From Candidatus Micrarchaeia archaeon (lineage in GTDB: Archaea; Micrarchaeota; Micrarchaeia; CAILAH01): a stretch of 18,667 nt of DNA. Of this stretch, positions 1-8,287 are shown one piece after another. The stretch lies in assembly GCA_038740245.1 (NCBI GenBank), contig JAVYLZ010000011.1:1-18667 (forward strand), read 5' to 3'. The notes under the pieces are model-generated. The model was given only the letters and a program-made list of their open reading frames with translations, made no database searches and was not told the origin of the DNA. Numbering within the stretch: position 1 is the stretch's first letter; each line of letters starts with the position of its first letter. The position numbers were made by a program, and so were the translations under genes.

Positions 1-3
1 CAC

Positions 4-3000
4 CTACTGCTTGACGCTACGTACGGAGTAGTAGCCATAAACTGAGAGCATCCGCGAGAAGAACACCGCCGGGTCAAGGTTGCCCGTATACAGCCGGGTA
101 GCCTCTGGACGGATGCCCGGCGGCACGTATGCAAGCGCGCCACCCCACGTTTCCGTATCAACAAGCGTCCTGCTCTTGCCGGTGACTACGGCCTGCGCAC
201 CAAGCATGTCCCGTATTAGGTTGCCTGCATCCTTGGCGGTGAGCTTTTTCTTGGCCTCGCCAGCAAACACGAGGTCAAATGAGTATGTGATTGATTTCCC
301 GTCCTCCATCTCCCTCTCGGCGCCGTAGCTTGCGACCACCGAGAACCCGCCACCTACCTTTTCCTTCTCTGCGGTGCCCGACACGTTGAGTGCAGTAAAG
401 TGCGTTAGCGCCCCGTCTTTCCAGCCCACCCAAAGCTCGCCTGTGCCGCGCCCACCCTCAATGGCCGAGCCGCCTGCAGAAAGTGAAACGAGAGTTTGCG
501 CAGAGTCACCTGCTGCGAACAGGACCCTGCCGACTAGGTTCTTGAAATCATCGTCATTGAGCCTGCCGCGGTCATACTTGCTTATGCCCAAATCAATCCT
601 GAATGTGCCGTCAAGCCCGAACCCCACGGTAACCGTTACTGGCATGCCCGTCACCGTGTCAACGAAATCTGCGCGCGCCGACCCCACAGCATACAAGCCG
701 GTATCGCCCATATACACCACGAGCTGGCCGCCGCCGCTTTCAACGCGGTCCTTGTAGATGTCAAGGCCGCCGCCCACGTAAAGGTAGCTGCCAATTGCGG
801 CAACCGCCTGGAAATCGTGCACCTTGCCCTCACGTTCAAGCAGCCGGTCAAGTGTTTCCCTATCCTTTGCGGCCTGTGCACTTATCTTGACAGGCACGCT
901 TGGCACAGTTACATCAATCGCCTTGCCGTCCTTAAAGTAAGTCATCTGGTGCGCCGGCAACCGTGTGTCTATGTCAAGCGCAGTTGTGCCGGCGGCCTCG
1001 CCCTTGCCTCTCCTGTAAAGCACATTATTATAGTTCTCGTACATCTGGTTGAGCTCCCTGAACACACGCGAGTTCCTGTATATGAGGCCGAACCTGACAA
1101 TGCCAACTCTGTTAAGCGTGTAGAGTGAAAGCGCCCAAGCCTCCTTCTCATCAAATCCAGCCGCCTTTAGCGTGTGGTGTAGCGTTACCAGCTTTGCAGT
1201 GACCTTGTATTCTTCGCTGAACTGCATCCCTAGGTTTGCCTCAATGAACCAGTTAATCACATCATATATCCTTTGGCCGCTCAGCAGCACCCGTGCTATT
1301 TTTTCGCCGTTGCTTGAGTTGTACCCGCCAAGCAGTCCGATTATGCCCTTCTCAATGTCCAGCTCCAGCGAGCCTCTGTTGTAGAATGACGCCTCAAGCC
1401 CTCCGAACAAGCCCGCCCATTTTGTCTCAGTCTTATGGCCTTCACGCTTGTCAGTCCAGCCCCCTATCGCATATGCAGTAAGCCTGCCGGTCGCGCCTTT
1501 GCCGGGGTACCAGAAATACTGCAGCCTCTCATAATGGCTGGTGCCGTCCCTGATGGGCCTTCCCGCCTCATCATAATCCATCCTCGTGTACCCGCTGTAC
1601 ATCGTCCCAATGGCGTGGGTGCCGAGGATGGAATGCCCGAGTGCAACTCCCCACTCATCCTTGAACAGGCGGTCAAACTTATTGCTGATATTCCTCCAGT
1701 ACTCGGCATCCCTTTCCCTGCTGGTGCCCCTGCCCCTGTAAATTTCAGCGGCAGCAGCGTGGCTCTCACCGTATTCCAGTATCCCCTTAAGGTCAAATGC
1801 GACCGCCTCGCCCACAAAATTCTTTGATGTTGCGGGTATGGTCTTGACCATCCCGAACAGGTTTGCCTCGCTTACGTCAAGCCTGGCGGCCGCATACTTC
1901 TTCAGGTACTCTTCAACGGGCTCCGAGAAGTGCGCCTCCTGCACCGTCCCGTCGGGTCTCGTGTAATAGAATTTTACCTCCCCACCGGTCTCCCCGCCGC
2001 CCCGCCTGAGGTAGCCGTTCTCATCAACATTCCTCACGCGCACAACAAGCAGTACCTCACTGCCCTTCTCAAGCACGTTCTTTGCAATGTCGCGCGCGGC
2101 AATCTCAGCGTCGCCGAACCCGGGCCGTGCAATGAACCGCACGCGCTCCTCGCCCCTGAGCAGCCCCTTGTCCTCCTCGCCGAGGCGCTCCTGAGCGGAT
2201 TTTGCCTCTCCCTCAACACCTGCGGTGGCGCCTATCTCCAGCTTTTTCTCGCGGAGTTCGCCATCCGTCCCTATCTCGTATATCCTTTGCACGCCTGTGC
2301 CGGGTGCAGCTACGGTGCCACCAACAAACAGAGATGCACCTTCCGCACCCCTTAAGAGCACTTCCCCCCCCGCTTCAGATCTGCCTATTTCGGCATCCAT
2401 TGCGCCGCCCGCGCTCACATATTCCCTGTAGAGCTCGCGCGTGAACTTAACATCGCTTTCAACAAACGCGCGGTTGATTGCGTTTGTGAGAGTGTCCACG
2501 TCCATCCCACTGCTCACCTGCGGCTCAATTCCCATCATATAATTACGCGGGCGGAGCTCGTTTTTGGCACGCTCGTAAAGCGACACAGGGGAATACTTGA
2601 GCGTGAACTTGCCCTTTGCATATTCCTCGCTGTCCCTGCTGAATGCCCTGTAATCCTGGCCGGCAAGTATGCCGAGCATCCCGACTGAATACTGCAGCCT
2701 CTGGAAATCACTCATCTCGGCAACAGTCCTGAGCAAGGGGGTATGTGCAACCGCAAGGTTTGTCTCCTCAAGCGGCACTGAGCGCAGGTCCTCAACAGCC
2801 AGCATCCTGAGCGTCTCAAACCTGTCAAACACGCTTTTTGTGGCCCTGAGGTTATCCTTGGCCCTGTCAAGCACATCGCCTACATATGTAATGCTCTCAA
2901 AAGTCGGTGTGGCAACACGGTCCTCAACGCTTTGGTTCACAGTGCGCAGCAGCCTTGCGGCATCTGCTGGCGTCTTGGCCTTGCCGATTATTTCCTTTTG

Positions 3001-4593
3001 CAGTGCGACGTATTTTGGAAGCAGTGACGGGTGCAGCTTGCTCATTAGGTAAAGGCCGTTTATGGTCTCCCCAAACAGCGAAGATGTGGTTATGCCGTAC
3101 ATATCCTTCTCAATGGAAGCACCCTTGGCGGCGGACATCTCAAGCGAGAATAGTATATACCTCTGCTCAAAGTAGCCGCTGTTGAAAAGGCGGTTAGCAC
3201 GATCTGTATACACATTCTTTACCGCTTGGTCAAGATTTGATTTGGCCATCGCCTCATTGAATGCCTGCCGGTACTGGCTGATGCCTGCGCTCGTATAATC
3301 GTAGATCTCCCTCGCTCTTTTTTCAGCCTCTTCCTTGCTCTCGCTTGTGAGCAGGAGATAGCCAATTGAATTCTTGTCAAACTCCTCATTGGTTATGCGG
3401 CGGTAAAGCTGTGCGTAGTCCTTTTCGTCATTTACGCCGAGCTTATCGGTAAAGTATATGTCAAGCCTTTTTATGAAGTCGGCAACCGCCTTGTAGGAGC
3501 GCAGCTCGCGCGCATCCCGGAGTATCTCCTGGTACTCAATTATGAACTTGTCAAGGGTGTCTCCGCGTTCCTTGTATTTCGTAAGGGCCTGCCCGACAGT
3601 CAGGTTCTCCGTGAGCGCAACAGAATTGAGCTCTCTCTTAACAAACGCGTCTATGTATCCGCCTAAATTTGTGTTCATCCTTGCGTACTCCTGGAGCTTG
3701 TCATAGCTACCGCCCATTGTACCCGTAAGCGGGAAGCCAAGGGACTGGTATGTGAACAGGACAGCATTCCTGTTCAGCGCCTTGAGCGTGTCGGCATAAT
3801 TGATGTCTGCCCCGTCTTTTATCACGTTTGCAAGTGTACCGGCAAACTCTGGGAAATTGCCCCCAGACAGGAGGTACAAACCATAAACATTGCCAAACTT
3901 CTTGACTTCTGATTCGTTAATCTTCTCATATTCCTTGGCAGTGGCCTTGTCGGGGGCCACTACCCTGATTTTTGCAATTTCTTGCAACACATCTAGCACT
4001 TCTTTGTTGCTGGCCCCGTTGCCGATAAGCCAGTCAAGAACCTGCAGTTTGACCGCAAGCTCGGTTGAAAGCACGGGCTGGACCATTCCAATCTCTTCTT
4101 TAGAGATGGTTGGCACTGAGGCCTCCTTCTGCCGCTTCTCCTTGTACTCATTCATCTTTTCTACCAGTGTTGCAAGCTCAGGTTCGCCCTCAAGCCCTAG
4201 AGCAGCAACAACTTTTTTGAGAGCACCATTTGTTTTAGGCCCCACAGCGCCGTCAACATCTATTTTTCTCCCCTCAATTAGGCCAGCATCTACTAGCTCA
4301 TTGTATTTCTCCTGAAATATGTACACTTCTTTCTTAACATCTTCAAGTCGTTTCTTTACGGAGTCCAATCCCCTCTCAACTTCGGCAAGAAGATCTTGAT
4401 TTGACGCAGATTTTTTTAGGATGTCTGGGTCTAAAAAGTAGTCCAATAATTCCCTGTCCTTCTTAAGCTCTTCTTTCATCTTTTCTCCTATAGGAAAATT
4501 AATGAGATTATTGAGCTTCCTCTTTGTGGATTCAATATCCGCCTTAAGCTCGCGTATAGTTTCCTGAGCCCTCTCTTTTACTTCCTGTGCCAT
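4..4593 (-). CDS. Giant hypothetical protein (~1529 aa): N-terminal coiled coil and PG-binding-like motif, helical middle, beta-strand-rich C-terminal half
   Basis: Uninterrupted ORF 4..4614 with TAG at 4-6. ATG 4593 (MAQEVKE) follows a purine-rich SD-like stretch. Contains the motif FQEKYNELVDAGLIEGRKIDVDGAVGPKTNGAL. No signal peptide or catalytic motif recognised. Confidence 0.85.
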   Translation of the reverse strand: MAQEVKERAQETIRELKADIESTKRKLNNLINFPIGEKMKEELKKDRELLDYFLDPDILKKSASNQDLLAEVERGLDSVKKRLEDVKKEVYIFQEKYNELVDAGLIEGRKIDVDGAVGPKTNGALKKVVAALGLEGEPELATLVEKMNEYKEKRQKEASVPTISKEEIGMVQPVLSTELAVKLQVLDWLIGNGASNKEVLDVLQEIAKIRVVAPDKATAKEYEKINESEVKKFGNVYGLYLLSGGNFPEFAGTLANVIKDGADINYADTLKALNRNAVLFTYQSLGFPLTGTMGGSYDKLQEYARMNTNLGGYIDAFVKRELNSVALTENLTVGQALTKYKERGDTLDKFIIEYQEILRDARELRSYKAVADFIKRLDIYFTDKLGVNDEKDYAQLYRRITNEEFDKNSIGYLLLTSESKEEAEKRAREIYDYTSAGISQYRQAFNEAMAKSNLDQAVKNVYTDRANRLFNSGYFEQRYILFSLEMSAAKGASIEKDMYGITTSSLFGETINGLYLMSKLHPSLLPKYVALQKEIIGKAKTPADAARLLRTVNQSVEDRVATPTFESITYVGDVLDRAKDNLRATKSVFDRFETLRMLAVEDLRSVPLEETNLAVAHTPLLRTVAEMSDFQRLQYSVGMLGILAGQDYRAFSRDSEEYAKGKFTLKYSPVSLYERAKNELRPRNYMMGIEPQVSSGMDVDTLTNAINRAFVESDVKFTRELYREYVSAGGAMDAEIGRSEAGGEVLLRGAEGASLFVGGTVAAPGTGVQRIYEIGTDGELREKKLEIGATAGVEGEAKSAQERLGEEDKGLLRGEERVRFIARPGFGDAEIAARDIAKNVLEKGSEVLLVVRVRNVDENGYLRRGGGETGGEVKFYYTRPDGTVQEAHFSEPVEEYLKKYAAARLDVSEANLFGMVKTIPATSKNFVGEAVAFDLKGILEYGESHAAAAEIYRGRGTSRERDAEYWRNISNKFDRLFKDEWGVALGHSILGTHAIGTMYSGYTRMDYDEAGRPIRDGTSHYERLQYFWYPGKGATGRLTAYAIGGWTDKREGHKTETKWAGLFGGLEASFYNRGSLELDIEKGIIGLLGGYNSSNGEKIARVLLSGQRIYDVINWFIEANLGMQFSEEYKVTAKLVTLHHTLKAAGFDEKEAWALSLYTLNRVGIVRFGLIYRNSRVFRELNQMYENYNNVLYRRGKGEAAGTTALDIDTRLPAHQMTYFKDGKAIDVTVPSVPVKISAQAAKDRETLDRLLEREGKVHDFQAVAAIGSYLYVGGGLDIYKDRVESGGGQLVVYMGDTGLYAVGSARADFVDTVTGMPVTVTVGFGLDGTFRIDLGISKYDRGRLNDDDFKNLVGRVLFAAGDSAQTLVSLSAGGSAIEGGRGTGELWVGWKDGALTHFTALNVSGTAEKEKVGGGFSVVASYGAEREMEDGKSITYSFDLVFAGEAKKKLTAKDAGNLIRDMLGAQAVVTGKSRTLVDTETWGGALAYVPPGIRPEATRLYTGNLDPAVFFSRMLSVYGYYSVRSVKQ

Positions 4594-4618
4594 CCCCCTT
4601 CTCCCCCTCTCCACTATT

Positions 4619-4636
4619 GCATTTTATACTTTTTAA
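4619..4636 (-). promoter_or_regulatory. Putative BRE/TATA promoter of the giant gene
   Basis: Minus strand reads GTTAAAAAGTATAAAATG about 26-43 nt upstream of ATG 4593. Confidence 0.45.
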
Positions 4637-4671
4637 CTGTTTCTATAAGCAGCGGTTTGCTGGACCGTTGG

Positions 4672-4694
4672 AAAATAAAGCACAAAAATAAAAA
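4672..4694 (-). terminator. Putative oligo-T terminator after the 413 aa gene
   Basis: Minus strand reads TTTTTATTTTTGTGCTTTATTTT just after the stop at 4699, typical of archaeal T-rich terminators. Confidence 0.5.
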
Positions 4695-4698
4695 GCGG

Positions 4699-5940
4699 CT
4701 ATTTCTTTCCGAATTTTTTAAGATAGGCCTCCTCAGTTTCCCTTATAAGTTTTTCTAGAAGTTCCTTTTCTTTTTCGTTTGTTGCACTACCATAAAGTTC
4801 CTTCAGCCGTTTTATCTCTTCAGAAGCCAATGCATCTAGCCCACGTTCTATGAATGTTTTTGCCTTTTCTTTGTGGGTATTTGCAGCCTTAATTAAATTG
4901 ACCCTTGCATCTTCCTTTTCCTCTTTAGTTGTTTCAGCCACTTTCTTCTCTTCAGGCTGCTTTCCAAACTTGGCGTAGTACGGCTTCCTGAGTTCGGCAA
5001 GAAGCTTCTGCGCGGCCTTGAAGTTCTCAGGGTCATCACGCCTAAGCTCCAGCACAAATTCCTTGAATAGGCGTATCCGCATCTCAGCCGTCTTCTTGTC
5101 ACCGTCACTTATGGCTTTACGTATCTCCTTGACCATCTCAATGATTCTCTTCTCGTTAAGCTCCTCGCGCCCCGCCCGCCGTTCCTTCTCAATCTTCTCA
5201 AGTTGGGCGTCAAGCGTGGCTTCCCTGAGCCGGCCGCCCGTATAAATCTGCGCAAGCTTTGGGATAAACAATCCAGTAGAAGGCTTCTCTTCCGCTTTTG
5301 CCACTGCGGTCTCAATAGGCGTGTTGCCCTGCTTCTCATTCCATTCCCTGACCGCCTTGTCAAGCTCCGCATAACTGCCCTTGACAGCTATTCCTTTTTC
5401 CTTAAGGAACTTCCTCACTTTCTCTTCAGCAGCCATGGTCTTCGGGCCGCGCTTGCCGTCCTCAACGAGCAGATCGCCCTTAATATAGCCCTCGTCAACA
5501 AAGTGGTTGTAGGCAATCTGGAAACTCTTGACCTCCTCACTGTAAGTGTAGCCCCTTTTCTTTACCGGCGTGATCTTGGCCACTTCAGCCTTGGGCGCCT
5601 GCTCCTCCCGCTGCTGTGGCACCTGCTCCGCAACCATGGTGGGCGCCCTGCTGAGCTCGCGCGCCTCCTTCTTTAAGTCATCCACCATAAGCGCAACTGC
5701 TTTTTTTATCTCAGCCGGGGTATATATTCCCCGTTCACGCGCAAATGCGCTCATCATTTTAGTGACCTCTCGCTTAACATCAATTTCTGCGGCTTTCCGC
5801 TGGTCTTCACCCTCGGCGCCTGCGAGCTTTGAGACAAAATTGCTGAAGTTCCTACTTTCCTCCACTTGCTTCAAATTGAATGAGAGGTAAAGGTCCCTTG
5901 CACCTTTCTCAACATCCTTCTCCTTTTGCTTAAACGGCAT
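4699..5940 (-). CDS. Hypothetical helical protein (~413 aa) with a PG_binding_1-like motif and two C-terminal helical repeats
   Basis: ORF 4699..5949. GGGTG SD precedes ATG 5940 (MPFKQKE). Contains KKRGYTYSEEVKSFQIAYN...EDGKRGPKTMAA and is K/E-rich. Confidence 0.85.
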   Translation of the reverse strand: MPFKQKEKDVEKGARDLYLSFNLKQVEESRNFSNFVSKLAGAEGEDQRKAAEIDVKREVTKMMSAFARERGIYTPAEIKKAVALMVDDLKKEARELSRAPTMVAEQVPQQREEQAPKAEVAKITPVKKRGYTYSEEVKSFQIAYNHFVDEGYIKGDLLVEDGKRGPKTMAAEEKVRKFLKEKGIAVKGSYAELDKAVREWNEKQGNTPIETAVAKAEEKPSTGLFIPKLAQIYTGGRLREATLDAQLEKIEKERRAGREELNEKRIIEMVKEIRKAISDGDKKTAEMRIRLFKEFVLELRRDDPENFKAAQKLLAELRKPYYAKFGKQPEEKKVAETTKEEKEDARVNLIKAANTHKEKAKTFIERGLDALASEEIKRLKELYGSATNEKEKELLEKLIRETEEAYLKKFGKK

Positions 5941-5996
5941 ACATAACACCCGCTTCGTATGGTGAGCGCAAAAGCATCACCGATAATCCCTTCTCA

Positions 5997-6014
5997 TTCT
6001 ATATTTAAATACAT
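5997..6014 (-). promoter_or_regulatory. Putative TATA box for the 413 aa gene
   Basis: Minus strand TATTTAAATATA in the short intergenic gap. Confidence 0.45.
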
Positions 6015-6024
6015 TTTGAGGGCC

Positions 6025-6465
6025 TCAAATCTCGTCCTTGAGCAGCTCAATTGCGCCCATGTTGCCCAGCAGCCGCGCAATCTCCTCTGCTGTTATGCCG
6101 TCTTTCGTCGCAATCGTCTTGTCGGCACCGGCGCTTATGAGGAGGCGCGCCGCCTCGTTCCTGCCGTTTGCAACCGCATACATAAGCGCGGTTATCCCGT
6201 CATTATTCCTGAAGTCGGGGTCGCCGCCGTGCTGCAGCAGGTATTTAAGTATTCCGGTGTTGCCCGCACACGCCGCCGCCATTACAGGTGTATCGCCGTT
6301 CTGGTTCTGCAGGTTTGGCGAATACCCCTGCAGCACATAGAATTCAACGGTATTCTTGTCGTTGAGGTATGCCCCCCTCACAAACTTGGACACCTGGTCC
6401 TTGGCATCCAGGAACTCCGTCTTAAACGCAAACCGTGCCTTGTCAAACTGCGCCTCACTTGCCAT
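6025..6465 (-). CDS. Ankyrin repeat protein (~146 aa, about 3 repeats)
   Basis: Repeats GDTPVMAAACAGNTGILKYLLQHGGD, GITALMYAVANGRNEAARLLISAGAD and GITAEEIA. GGTGGTG SD before ATG 6465 (MASEAQ). Confidence 0.9.
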   Translation of the reverse strand: MASEAQFDKARFAFKTEFLDAKDQVSKFVRGAYLNDKNTVEFYVLQGYSPNLQNQNGDTPVMAAACAGNTGILKYLLQHGGDPDFRNNDGITALMYAVANGRNEAARLLISAGADKTIATKDGITAEEIARLLGNMGAIELLKDEI

Positions 6466-6494
6466 AACACCACCTAACGCATATTCGCGTAGGA

Positions 6495-6532
6495 ACTTAA
6501 AAAGGTTAAATATATGGCGGGCATATAAAGGG
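6495..6532. promoter_or_regulatory. Divergent promoter region between the ankyrin gene and pheS
   Basis: AT-rich boxes TTAAAAAGGTTAAATATA and CATATAAAG between divergent genes. Confidence 0.45.
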
Positions 6533-6589
6533 ATATCGGTGCGCAGCAAGCAGCCCTGATTGGCAAGTAGGCGCTCCCGCTATGTTATG

Positions 6590-6756
6590 GCCGGTGAACG
6601 GTGAGCATATGCCTGATGCAAAGAGTGCCGGCCGGCACGGGTGCGCCCCACATACAGGGAAGTGGGCGGTGAACATATGCCCGATGCCAGGGTTGCGCCT
6701 GCGATAATGCCCGCAAAATCAAGGAAGTGAACGGTGAACGCATGTCTGAAGCCAAG
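6590..6756 (+). repeat. Three degenerate 34-nt copies of an SD+ATG translation-start unit (6590-6623, 6658-6691, 6723-6756)
   Basis: Consensus GTGrrCGGTGArCryATGyCyGAwGCmArG. Copy 2 vs 3 match 26/34 and copy 1 vs 3 match 25/34 (manual count). Copy 3 is the pheS start. Confidence 0.75.
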
Positions 6757-8283
6757 ATTAAGGCCATCATATACTCATTGCACCCGCTGGAGCGGAAAGT
6801 GCTCCTGCACATAGGCGCGGATTTCAAGGACATTATGGCAAAGTCGGGGCTCGGCGAGGCAGAGGCGCTCACTGGCATAAGCATGCTTTCAGACAGGGGG
6901 CTTGTGCAGTGCGAAAAGGGCGAGCACAAGTATTACATACTCACACCGAGGGGCGAGCATTACCTTAAAGTGGGCCTGCCGGAGCACCGCCTTCTCGCAG
7001 AGCTGGGCAGGGGCGAGAAAAAAATGTCCGAGCTCACACTCCCGCGCGAGGAGGTTGCGCCCGCGCTCGGTGTCCTGAAGAAGGGGATGCTCATCTCGGT
7101 AGCCAAGTCCGGCAACGATATCATAATTCGTGTGGAGAAGAAGGTGCCCCCGCAAAAGAACCCGCTTGAGATGTTCAGGGGCGGCATACAGGCATCAAAG
7201 GTGCCAGAATCGCAGCGTGGCGAAGTGCAGGAGCTTATCCAGCGGGGCCTTGTGAAGGAATATATGCAGAAGACCATCTCCGTGAAGCTTACACCGCTCG
7301 GCAGGGAGGTTGCGGGGGCGCTCACAGCCAAGTATGCAGGGCTTGATCTTGCAGAGGAAGTAACCGAGGAAATGCTCAAGAAGGGCACGTGGAAGGGCAG
7401 GGAGTTCAGGCATTACGATGTAGGCCTGAAAACGCAGGGCACGGCAGTAGGCCGCAGGCATCCAATGGACGAGTCAAACAACATACTCAGGGACATATTC
7501 ATTGAGATGGGGTTCCAGGAGATGGAGGGCCCCGTTGTTGAGGCGGCGTTCTGGAACATGGATGTGATGTGGATACCGCAGGACCACCCCGCGCGTGATG
7601 AGCAGGACACATTTTATGTGGACGGCCGCGCAAAGCTTGACTCAAAGCTTATCGCGGTGTTCAAGGAGATGCACGAGCGCGGGCTCAAGCGCACGCATAC
7701 AACAAAGGGCGAGTGGAGTGAGGAGATTGCAAGCAGGATGCTTCTGCGCACGCACTCAACAGCCACTACGTTCAGGACACTGGCATGGCTGGCCGAACGC
7801 GCACGCAGGGAGGGCCGTGAAATAGAAAACGGCAAGTATTTTTACGTGGCGCACAATTTCAGGAATGAGAAGGTGGATGCCACACACCTGGCAGAGTTCT
7901 TCCAGGCCGAGGGCTTCATAATAGGTGACAACCTCTCACTGGCGGACCTGATGGGCTTTGTTAGGGAGTACTACGCACGGCTCGGCATTACAAAGATACG
8001 GTTCAAGCCCACATACAACCCCTACACGGAGCCCAGCATGGAGGCGCATTACTATGACCCAAAGCTCGGCAAGTGGTACGCACTCATAAACTCTGGCATA
8101 TTCAGGCCCGAGACGCTTAAGCCGCTTGGCATTGAGAAGAGCGTGATTGCGTGGGGTATGGGCGCATCACGCATAGCGATGCTGCTTACAGGCGTGCAGT
8201 CAATGCGCGACATAACCGGTGGCACATGCGATTTTGAATGGCTGCGCACGCGGCCCGTGCTCTCGCGCAGCATAGTCAGGTGA
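6742..8283 (+). CDS. pheS: Phenylalanine--tRNA ligase alpha subunit (archaeal/eukaryotic type)
   Basis: Motifs FWNMD..IPQDHPARDEQDTFY, LLRTHST, motif 2 FRNEKVDATHLAEFFQAEG, YNPYTEPS and motif 3 AWGMG. GGTGA SD at 6733-6737 before ATG 6742. Confidence 0.97.
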   Translation: MSEAKIKAIIYSLHPLERKVLLHIGADFKDIMAKSGLGEAEALTGISMLSDRGLVQCEKGEHKYYILTPRGEHYLKVGLPEHRLLAELGRGEKKMSELTLPREEVAPALGVLKKGMLISVAKSGNDIIIRVEKKVPPQKNPLEMFRGGIQASKVPESQRGEVQELIQRGLVKEYMQKTISVKLTPLGREVAGALTAKYAGLDLAEEVTEEMLKKGTWKGREFRHYDVGLKTQGTAVGRRHPMDESNNILRDIFIEMGFQEMEGPVVEAAFWNMDVMWIPQDHPARDEQDTFYVDGRAKLDSKLIAVFKEMHERGLKRTHTTKGEWSEEIASRMLLRTHSTATTFRTLAWLAERARREGREIENGKYFYVAHNFRNEKVDATHLAEFFQAEGFIIGDNLSLADLMGFVREYYARLGITKIRFKPTYNPYTEPSMEAHYYDPKLGKWYALINSGIFRPETLKPLGIEKSVIAWGMGASRIAMLLTGVQSMRDITGGTCDFEWLRTRPVLSRSIVR

Positions 8284-8287
8284 ACAT

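Noticed and set aside
4664..4680. ORB-like ACCGTTGGAAAATAAAG
   Set aside because: Single weak match with no G-string and no orc1/cdc6 nearby; it overlaps a probable terminator.
6466..6549. N-terminal extension of the ankyrin ORF
   Set aside because: It runs through the promoter region; the SD supports ATG 6465.
6609..6730. pheM-like attenuator leader peptide
   Set aside because: The uORFs contain no Phe codons and there is no hairpin-plus-U-tract terminator.
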